Part shown: piece by piece, positions 1 to 6,739 of the stretch
Numbering within the stretch: position 1 is the stretch's first letter
Layout: every line of letters begins with the position of its first letter
Assembly (NCBI GenBank): GCA_046758705.1
Contig: JBHIAT010000087.1
Span: 1-14,615 of the forward strand
Length of the DNA: 14,615 nt
Origin: Candidatus Bipolaricaulia bacterium
Lineage (GTDB): Bacteria > Bipolaricaulota > Bipolaricaulia > JBHIAT01
Reading direction: 5' to 3'
Notes under the pieces: generated by a model
Seen by the model: the letters and a program-made list of their open reading frames with translations, nothing else
Told to the model about the DNA's origin: nothing
The model's database searches: none
Position numbers and translations under genes: made by a program

Positions 1-1199
1 CGGAGCAGGGAGAATGGCTGGATCGGCTGGAGACGGAGCACGACAACCTGCGGGCGGCGCTGGCGCACTTTGAGGGGAGCGGGGAGGTGGAGGCGGAGTT
101 GCGGTTGGGTGGGGCGCTGTGGTGGTTCTGGAAAGTGCGTGGTTATGTGAGCGAGGGGCGTAAGTGGTTAGAAGGCGCGCTGAAACGGGGTAGCGGTGTG
201 CCGGCGTCGGTGCGGGCGAAAGCACTCCATGGAGCGGGCTCACTGGCAGTGATACAAGGGGACTACGAGCAGGCAGTGGAACTCTACGAGGAGAGCTTGG
301 GCCTATATCGAGAACTAGGGGATAACCGAGCCATCGCGGACTTGCTCAAAAGCCTGGGGATTGTGGCGGAAGGACAGGGTAACTTAGGGCGGGCGGCGGA
401 TCTCTACGAGGAGAACCTGGGCCTGAGACGTGACCTGGGGGACAAGCTGGGCATCGCGGTCTCGCTTCACAACCTGGGAAGTGTGGCGCGGCATCAGGGC
501 GACTACGGGCGAGCGACCGCGCTGTTTGAGGAAGGCCTGGCCCTGTCTCAGGAACTAAGGGACAAGCGGGGCATTGCGTTCTCGCTTTATGGCTTGGGGG
601 TAGTGGCGGAAGAACAGGGCGACTGGGGGCGGGCGGTGGAACTCTTCGAGGAGAGCCTAGCTCTGTGGCGGGAACTGGGAGACAAGGTTCGTATCGCAGG
701 CTCGCTCAATAGCATGGGGATAATGGCGTACCATCAGGGCAACTACGAGCGGGCGGCGGAGTTTTATGAGGAGGGTCTGGCTCTATTTCGGCAACTAGGG
801 CACAAGTGGGGCATCGCGGGCTCGCTCAACAACCTGGGTGAGATAGCAGAACTTCAGGGCGACTACGAGCGGGCGATAGAACTCCACAAGGAGGCATTGA
901 CCCTGTTTCAGGAACTGGGGGACAAGCCGGACATTGCCGAGTGCTTGGAGGGGTTGGCAGGATTGATCTGTACACAAGGGCAACCCGAGCGGGCCGCGCG
1001 GCTGTTGGGGGCGGCGGAGGCGCTGCGCGAAGCCGTCGGCGCTCCCCTGCCACCTTCCGACCGCATCGATTATGACCGCAACGTGGCCGCCGTGCGCGCC
1101 GAGCTAAGTGAGGAAGCGTTTGCGGCGGCGTGGGCCGAGGGACGCGCGATGACACTGGAGCAAGCCATCACCTACGCGTTAGAGAAGGACGCCAATTAG
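1..1199 (+). CDS. 5'-truncated STAND (NB-ARC-type) regulator, C-terminal helical and TPR sensor region; paralog of 11238..14381
   Basis: The frame is open from nt 3 (EQGEWLDRLETEHDNLRAAL...) to TAG at 1197-1199, so the track start at 87 is internal. It contains six 40-aa repeats plus a capping repeat and the tail AWAEGRAMTLEQAI, and is colinear with 13183..14381. Confidence 0.92.
   Translation, partial: EQGEWLDRLETEHDNLRAALAHFEGSGEVEAELRLGGALWWFWKVRGYVSEGRKWLEGALKRGSGVPASVRAKALHGAGSLAVIQGDYEQAVELYEESLGLYRELGDNRAIADLLKSLGIVAEGQGNLGRAADLYEENLGLRRDLGDKLGIAVSLHNLGSVARHQGDYGRATALFEEGLALSQELRDKRGIAFSLYGLGVVAEEQGDWGRAVELFEESLALWRELGDKVRIAGSLNSMGIMAYHQGNYERAAEFYEEGLALFRQLGHKWGIAGSLNNLGEIAELQGDYERAIELHKEALTLFQELGDKPDIAECLEGLAGLICTQGQPERAARLLGAAEALREAVGAPLPPSDRIDYDRNVAAVRAELSEEAFAAAWAEGRAMTLEQAITYALEKDAN
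213..932 (+). repeat. Six tandem 120-nt (40-aa) TPR-like coding repeats, followed by a degenerate seventh
   Basis: Units start at 213, 333, 453, 573, 693 and 813. Consensus is IAxSLxxLGxVAxxQGDYxRAxELxEExLxLxRELGDKxG. Confidence 0.92.
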
Positions 1200-1220
1200 C
1201 GGTCAGCCGTCAGCGATCAG
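1198..1220 (+). repeat. Short heptamer tandem array overlapping the stop codon
   Basis: agcggtc-agccgtc-agcgatc-ag. The second paralog keeps agcggtc-agccgt (14380..14392) and then diverges. Confidence 0.55.
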
Positions 1221-1299
1221 GAAAAGACTCAATGAATGCCGAGGCTTCCACCCCGGCTGGCTGAGTAACTCGAAGTTAACAGATCCCGATCAGACCAAC

Positions 1300-1329
1300 T
1301 TGACTTACCGGCGGTTGTTGTATTAAAAT
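1300..1329 (+). promoter_or_regulatory. Putative sigma70-type promoter for the hydrolase/GH4 genes
   Basis: TTGACT (1300-1305), 18-nt spacer, TAAAAT (1324-1329), in an AT-rich intergenic patch. Confidence 0.55.
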
Positions 1330-1349
1330 AATTAAACGGTCAGGCCAAT

Positions 1350-1466
1350 GATGCCCAAAAACCCATTGTTCAGGAAGGTGTGGCTAAGCTCGCCGCTCAA
1401 AAGGCTACTCCAAGTCATCTGTAAGCCCGTGAGGATGCTCTACGCTACGAGACGCTACGAGGCCTG
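1350..1466 (+). pseudogene. Possible eroded fragment of a GntR/FadR-family (FCD domain) regulator
   Basis: Translates as DAQKPIVQEGVAKLAAQKATPSHL*AREDALRYE with TAA at 1422-1424. By eye this resembles the FCD start pattern R..lE..aA.LAA.rAt...l..l..al. The match is short and untested. Confidence 0.3.
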
Positions 1467-1523
1467 GTGAAGGCGGTCGACAGTGTCAGCGCAACTTCTC
1501 AACAAAAACACAAAAACGCAGAG

Positions 1524-2585
1524 ATGAACCCAACCCTTGACTATACAACTTTGCGCGCCCTCCGGCATAGCTATCAAACAGTGCCCCGCCAACTGGCCTT
1601 CCGCGCCCGGACCCGCGCGGAATGGGCCACTTGGCGCGAGGCGCTGCACACCCAACTTGTGGAACTGCTGGGTGGCTTCCCCTTGGAGCGCCCGCCACTG
1701 GATGCCGTGGTGCTGGAAACCCGTGAGGAAGTTGACTACCGCATGGAGAAGGTCGCCTTCCAGAGCGAGCCCGGACTGTATACCCCATGCTACGTCCTGA
1801 TCCCGCGCCACATCAAGCCGCCTTATCGCCCAGTCATCGCCCTGCACGGCCATGGCATCGGTGGTGCTGCACACACCGTCGGGTTGATCGTGAACGAGAC
1901 AACCCGAATTGAAGAGGAGGAACACATCCGTATTCACAACTGCGATTATGGGCGGCAACTGGTCCGACACGGCTTTATGGTCTTCGCACCGGAACAGCGA
2001 GGCTTCGGTGAGCGGATGGAAACAGAGCACGAGATGGTTCAGGGTGAATCGATGTGGCGGAGCTCCTGCCGGGCAGTGGCTTTCAACGCTATGCTACTGG
2101 GAAAGACGGCCATCGGCCTGCGAGTGTGGGATGTGATGCGCACCGTGGATTACATCTACAGCCACCCGGAGCCAATGGTGGCGGGCATCGGTTGTCTAGG
2201 TCTCTCCGGCGGTGGCACAACGACCCTGTTTGCAACCGCCTTGGAGCCTCGGATCACCGTGGCGGTGGTCAGCGGATACCTCAATACATTCCGCGCTTCC
2301 CTTATGTCCATCGTCCACTGTGAGTGCAACTACATCCCCGGCATCCTGCAGTACGCCGAGATGTCCGATATCGCCGGGCTCATCGCCCCACGCCCATTGC
2401 TCATCGAAAGCGGCACCGAGGACCCCATCTTCCCTGTGGAGACCACCGAGGCTGCCTACCAAGAGCTCCAGCACGTCTACGAGCTCCTAGGCGTCGCGGA
2501 AAGGCTGGACAAGGACATCTTCCCTAGTGGACATCAGTTCAGCGGACGCAAAGCCTTCGACTGGCTGGCACGGTGGTTGCAATAG
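1524..2585 (+). CDS. Alpha/beta-hydrolase fold esterase (dienelactone hydrolase / acetyl-xylan-esterase-like)
   Basis: Motifs: PVIALHGHG, DYGRQLVRHGFMVFAPEQRGFGER, nucleophile elbow GLSGGG, acid in SGTEDPIFP, His in GHQF, and HCECNYIPG. I prefer ATG 1524 over GTG 1467 because the extra 19 codons cross an A-rich, non-coding-looking stretch; the start is uncertain. Confidence 0.85.
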   Translation: MNPTLDYTTLRALRHSYQTVPRQLAFRARTRAEWATWREALHTQLVELLGGFPLERPPLDAVVLETREEVDYRMEKVAFQSEPGLYTPCYVLIPRHIKPPYRPVIALHGHGIGGAAHTVGLIVNETTRIEEEEHIRIHNCDYGRQLVRHGFMVFAPEQRGFGERMETEHEMVQGESMWRSSCRAVAFNAMLLGKTAIGLRVWDVMRTVDYIYSHPEPMVAGIGCLGLSGGGTTTLFATALEPRITVAVVSGYLNTFRASLMSIVHCECNYIPGILQYAEMSDIAGLIAPRPLLIESGTEDPIFPVETTEAAYQELQHVYELLGVAERLDKDIFPSGHQFSGRKAFDWLARWLQ

Positions 2586-2615
2586 CATGTCCAAAACTCG
2601 GTCAGGAGGTAAATT

Positions 2616-3959
2616 ATGCCTTCCCTCGTACAGATCATGTTTGTTGGCGGTGGCAGCGTCCAGTGGGGGCCACGGCTTATCACCGACCTGATGCTGACGA
2701 CGGCCCTTACGGGCAGCCGCTTGATGCTTTACGACCTTGACCACCCAGCCACGGAGCAGATGGCCCAGCTGGCCCGGCGCATCGCTATCGAAACCCGCTC
2801 CGGCTGGGAGGTCAAGGTTCAAGATGACCTGGATCGGGGGTTGAAGGGTGCCGATTTCGTGATTTTCTCCATCGCCCAGGGGGGGCTGGAAACCTTCCGC
2901 TACGATCTGGAGATTCCCTGGCGCCATGGCATTGCCCAGCCGGTAGGGGACACCGTGGGGCCGGGGGGCATCTCCAGAGCATTATACCACATCCCGGTAG
3001 CCCTGGACATTGCGCGCAGGATGGAGGACCTGTGTCCTCACGCCTGGTTCATTAACCTCACCAACCCGCTGACCGTAATCACCCATGCCGTCAACCGGGA
3101 GACGCGCATCCGGGCCATCGGGCTCTGCCACGAGATGTCCAGCGTCGTCAGGTGCCTGGCGAACCTGTTTCAGGTATCTCCTTCAGCAATCACCGTGCAG
3201 ATAGCCGGGGTGAACCATCTCCCCTGGATCTTGCGTATGCACGTTGATGGACGAGACGGCTTTTCGCTGCTCCACCAATGGTTGGAGACCCATGAACCGG
3301 TGTATTTTGTCCAGGATCTTCCAGAGAGTTCCTCTGTGGAGACCGTTTTCCGCGACCGGATGGCCGTCAAGTTCACCCTCTTCCAGCTTTATGGTTATCT
3401 GTGTGGGGCAGGGGACCGTCACGTGGCCGAGTTTTTCCCCGCCTTCCTGTCTGCCGAGAGTGGCTATGGACGTACCTACGGCGTGGAGTTGACCACCATC
3501 GAGCACCGATATGAACAGTTAGCACAACGCCGGCAAGTCGTTACTCAAATGATCAAGCAACCAGGGCCGCTGGAGCTGCGTTTCTCGGGTGAGCAGTTGG
3601 CCAGGGTGGTGGCCGCGCTGGGGGCAGAACAGCCAGGGCACTTCATCGTGAACATCCCCAACGTGGGCCAGGTGGACAACCTGTCTCGTGATGTGGTGCT
3701 GGAATGCCATGCCTATCTGGGGCCGGGCGGTGTGGAGCCGATCAGTGTGGGGACTTTGCCCACCGCCGTCGTACAGACGTTGGCCGGGCGAGTGTGGCAA
3801 CAAGAGATCATCGTAGACGCGGCGGTTCGCGGCGATCCCGCGTTGGTGCTTCAAGCCCTGCTGGCTGATCCCATGGTTCCTAGCTGGGAAATGGCACTGT
3901 CGCTGCGCGACGAACTTCTGTCCGCCCATGTGGCTTACCTGCCCCAATTTTCGCAGTAA
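2616..3959 (+). CDS. Glycoside hydrolase family 4 (NAD+/metal-dependent alpha-galactosidase/alpha-glucosidase-like)
   Basis: Rossmann motif VGGGS, QPVGDTVGPGGISR, INLTNP, catalytic GLCHE, AGVNHLPW, DRHVAEFF and ALLADP. SD AGGAGGT at 2604-2610. Confidence 0.93.
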   Translation: MPSLVQIMFVGGGSVQWGPRLITDLMLTTALTGSRLMLYDLDHPATEQMAQLARRIAIETRSGWEVKVQDDLDRGLKGADFVIFSIAQGGLETFRYDLEIPWRHGIAQPVGDTVGPGGISRALYHIPVALDIARRMEDLCPHAWFINLTNPLTVITHAVNRETRIRAIGLCHEMSSVVRCLANLFQVSPSAITVQIAGVNHLPWILRMHVDGRDGFSLLHQWLETHEPVYFVQDLPESSSVETVFRDRMAVKFTLFQLYGYLCGAGDRHVAEFFPAFLSAESGYGRTYGVELTTIEHRYEQLAQRRQVVTQMIKQPGPLELRFSGEQLARVVAALGAEQPGHFIVNIPNVGQVDNLSRDVVLECHAYLGPGGVEPISVGTLPTAVVQTLAGRVWQQEIIVDAAVRGDPALVLQALLADPMVPSWEMALSLRDELLSAHVAYLPQFSQ

Positions 3960-4004
3960 AACTCCCCACTCAAAGGGCGCGGTTATGGATGTAGTTAGAG
4001 CCGA

Positions 4005-4034
4005 TTGACAAACCCTATATGATTATGGTATATT
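4005..4034 (+). promoter_or_regulatory. Sigma70-type promoter of the ROK-aminotransferase-ABC operon
   Basis: TTGACA (4005-4010), 18-nt spacer, extended -10 TGgTATATT (TATATT at 4029-4034). Confidence 0.75.
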
Positions 4035-4058
4035 ATTTTTTACTGAGTGGAAAATAAT
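4032..4058. promoter_or_regulatory. Palindromic ROK-type operator
   Basis: ATTATTTT-tt-ACT-g-AGT-gg-AAAATAAT, with 11 of 13 positions symmetric. The TTATTTT-N11-AAAATAA geometry resembles XylR/NagC/Mlc sites, and it overlaps the -10 and predicted +1. Confidence 0.7.
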
Positions 4059-4090
4059 TAAAAACCAAACCGCAGACGAAGGAGATTCCT

Positions 4091-5275
4091 ATGCACCAGT
4101 CTTTCGGTAATTTACGTCTCGAAAAGCGTATCAACCTCAAAAGGATCATAAATCTGATTCGATCTACAGATAGGATCTCACGAATTGAGATCTCCCGAGT
4201 GTTAAACATCAGTCCATCTGCCGTCAGCCAATCGGTCAACCAGCTGATCCAGGCCGGCATGATTACAAAGGCCGCCATGGGAGAATCCGACCTGGGACGA
4301 AAGCCGACGCTGCTCCGGTTCAATCCGGATGTGAAATACATCCTGAGCATCGAAATGGGAGGAGAGGATATCAAGGCGGCGCTGCTCAACCTCGATGCAG
4401 ATATCAAGAAGTGGACTGCAACTCCTGCATTCTCTGGAGATGACGGTCCTCCACTACCTTTAGGGAAGATATTTCGCTTCGTTCAAGTGTTCCTCGATGA
4501 ATTGAGCGTGGAGGGGATCTCCCGATCTGACATCTTGGGCATGGCTATCGCCATACACGGAACGATCGATTACAATACGGGGATCGTCTATGAGGCCCCC
4601 CACATCGGGTGGACGGAGGTTAATCTCAAGAAAACGTTTGCAGAAAAGTTCTCCTACCGAGTCGTTGTTGAAAACGATGTGAACTGTACCGTTTTAGCAG
4701 AGGAGAGAAGGGGCTCAGGTGTCGGGGCTCAGGATATCATCTGCGTGGCGATCGAAGAGGGGGTCGGAGCCGGACTTCTGCTCAATGGGGATCTGTATCG
4801 AGGATTCTCAGGAGAGGCTGGAGAGATCGGATGGTTCTATTTAAAGGAGAAGGCCCCCGATGAGCCATATCAGCTCACCGGCGACTTTGAAAGACGGGTG
4901 TCCCAATCGGCCATCAAACAACAACTCAGCTCGTTAGCTGATGATGCGGACGATCGGACGAAGCAAAGGATGGCAGCAGAGATCGGTGAATTCATCGGCA
5001 TCGGCTTGGCCAATCTGATCAATGCGCTCAATCCAGAGATGGTTATCCTGACCGGAATTCCTGAAAAAATTTCGGGCCTGGTGATCGAGCAGATCACCCA
5101 GGTAGTCAAACTCCTGACTCCAAAGAGGAGGTCGGAGCACGTCCAGTTCAAGATTGGGACCCTCCCCGAGGACGAAAGAGCCCTTATCGGCGCAGGGCTT
5201 CTCGTCAGTGACCTGTTCTTCAGTTTGCCCGACGATGTGTGGGTAAAGGTTCGAGACAGGGAGGCAATCAGTTGA
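4091..5275 (+). CDS. ROK-family transcriptional repressor (NagC/XylR-like)
   Basis: N-terminal HTH ISRIEISRVLNISPSAVSQSVNQL, linker GRKPTLL, VENDVNCTVLAE, GVGAGLLLNGDLYRGFSGEAGEIG, NLINALNPEMVIL. SD AAGGAG at about 4079-4084. Confidence 0.93.
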   Translation: MHQSFGNLRLEKRINLKRIINLIRSTDRISRIEISRVLNISPSAVSQSVNQLIQAGMITKAAMGESDLGRKPTLLRFNPDVKYILSIEMGGEDIKAALLNLDADIKKWTATPAFSGDDGPPLPLGKIFRFVQVFLDELSVEGISRSDILGMAIAIHGTIDYNTGIVYEAPHIGWTEVNLKKTFAEKFSYRVVVENDVNCTVLAEERRGSGVGAQDIICVAIEEGVGAGLLLNGDLYRGFSGEAGEIGWFYLKEKAPDEPYQLTGDFERRVSQSAIKQQLSSLADDADDRTKQRMAAEIGEFIGIGLANLINALNPEMVILTGIPEKISGLVIEQITQVVKLLTPKRRSEHVQFKIGTLPEDERALIGAGLLVSDLFFSLPDDVWVKVRDREAIS

Positions 5276-6606
5276 CCGACAGATTAGCGATCAACGGAGG
5301 GAAGCGTGCGGTTCCTGAGGGGTTGGTCAAGTCTTGGCCCGTGATCACCCAGCAGGATAAGGACATGGTCATGCAGGTGTTGGAGTCGGGGATCTTATCG
5401 GGCGTTTTCGCCTCTCAGACGAAGGCATTGCAGCAGGAGTTCGCTGACTATCTGGGATCGAAATACTGTATCACGGTCAACAGTGGCACGGCCGCCCTCC
5501 ATATAGCGGTTGCCGCCGCTGGCGTCGGTCCCGGTGATGAGGTCATCACCTCGGCGTTCTCATTTCTGGCCACCGCCACGGCCGTCATGCATCACGGCGG
5601 GATCCCCGTCTTTGTCGATATCGATCCGAAAACCTGCTGTATCGACCCGAACAAGATCGAGGAGAAGATCTCGGAGAACACCAAGGCGATCATTCCGGTT
5701 CATATTCAGGGGTTGCCCGCTGACCTCGACGAGATCCTGGAGATCGGGTGCAAGCACGACCTGGTGGTGATCGAGGACACGGCCCAGGCACCCGGGGCCA
5801 CCTATAAGGGGAAGAAGGTCGGAACGTGGGGGGACATGGGGGCATTCAGCCTGAACGAGACCAAAAACTTCTGCGCAGGAGAAGGAGGAATGTTCGTCAC
5901 CGATGATGAGGAGTACCATCTGAGGGCCGATATGGTGCGCATGTTCGGTGAAGTCGTCAAAGAGAAGGCGCACCGCAACTATGTGGCCTATACGATGGGG
6001 TGGAACTACAGAACTCAAGAACTCCCTGCCGCGTTCGCCCGCAGTCAACTGAGGCGGCTGGATGAGTTTAACGAAAACAGCCGTCGCAACGCGGAGTTTC
6101 TCAGCTCGGCCCTCGAGGAGATCGACGGGATCGAGCCGCCCTATGCCCCTGACGATCGGACCTGCATCTATCACAAATACCGGGTGAGGTTGCATCCGGA
6201 GGCCCTGAGTTTCGACATCGAGCCGACCGAGTTCCGAGGTAAGGTCTTCCGGGCCTTCAGCGCTGAGGGGATGCCGGTGACGCTGTGGCAGACGTTCCCA
6301 CTGCCAGCCACTCCGCTGTTCCAACGCAAGGAAGGCTACGGGAAGGGATTTCCGTGGAGTTTTCCGGGGGCACGATCGATCGACTACCACGCCGAGGAGT
6401 ATCCCGAGACGGTGAAGCTGTTGGACAGCTCGATGGTGATCGGCTCGGAGCGCTATCCGCTCTTTCCTCAAGAACTGAAATTGGTGGAGTACTGGATCGA
6501 AGCCATCCGCAAGGTGTTTGCACAGTTAGATGAAGTGGTGGAAACGGTCGAGCTTCCCAAGGACCAGGGCTTCTCATTGGGTGAGCTCGAGGTCAGCCAC
6601 GGATGA
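5272..6606 (+). CDS. DegT/DnrJ/EryC1/StrS-family PLP-dependent sugar/cyclitol aminotransferase
   Basis: NSGTAALH, GVGPGDEVI, IEDTAQAPGA, FSLNETKNF (PLP lysine), AGEGG and GWNYR. Start placed at TTG 5272, which overlaps the ROK stop (TTGA) and follows SD GGGAGG at 5259-5264, rather than the track's 5239. Confidence 0.92.
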   Translation: MTDRLAINGGKRAVPEGLVKSWPVITQQDKDMVMQVLESGILSGVFASQTKALQQEFADYLGSKYCITVNSGTAALHIAVAAAGVGPGDEVITSAFSFLATATAVMHHGGIPVFVDIDPKTCCIDPNKIEEKISENTKAIIPVHIQGLPADLDEILEIGCKHDLVVIEDTAQAPGATYKGKKVGTWGDMGAFSLNETKNFCAGEGGMFVTDDEEYHLRADMVRMFGEVVKEKAHRNYVAYTMGWNYRTQELPAAFARSQLRRLDEFNENSRRNAEFLSSALEEIDGIEPPYAPDDRTCIYHKYRVRLHPEALSFDIEPTEFRGKVFRAFSAEGMPVTLWQTFPLPATPLFQRKEGYGKGFPWSFPGARSIDYHAEEYPETVKLLDSSMVIGSERYPLFPQELKLVEYWIEAIRKVFAQLDEVVETVELPKDQGFSLGELEVSHG

Positions 6607-6684
6607 AATCGGGAGGTTTCAGATACGCCAGCACAGTGGCGATAATCGAGCCAAACCGAAACTTAGTATACGAGGAGGTGAGAG

Positions 6685-6726
6685 ATGAAGATGAATCGAT
6701 CTAAAATGTTCAAAATTCACTTCTAA
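6685..6726 (+). CDS. Possible 13-aa small ORF MKMNRSKMFKIHF
   Basis: Strong SD GAGGAGGTG at 6672-6680, ATG at 6685, and TAA at 6724-6726 abutting the SD of the next gene. Confidence 0.3.
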   Translation: MKMNRSKMFKIHF

Positions 6727-6739
6727 GGGAGGAATTCAA

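Noticed and set aside
1348..1470. 40-aa ORF MMPKNPLFRKVW...
   Set aside because: It has no SD or recognisable features and cannot be supported.
3962..3982. ctccccactcaaagggcgcgg as an IS200/IS605-type end hairpin
   Set aside because: The pairing is too degenerate, and there is no tnpA/tnpB or partner end.
5239..5271. Track start for the aminotransferase at 5239
   Set aside because: TTG 5272 has a good SD and a stop/start overlap, and gives a typical LAINGG N-terminus.
5560..6471. 303-aa minus-strand ORF
   Set aside because: It is an antisense shadow of the aminotransferase with no recognisable motifs.
5272..6606. O-antigen or antibiotic biosynthetic cluster
   Set aside because: There are no glycosyltransferase, NDP-sugar enzyme, PKS/NRPS or exporter genes; the context is import and hydrolysis.
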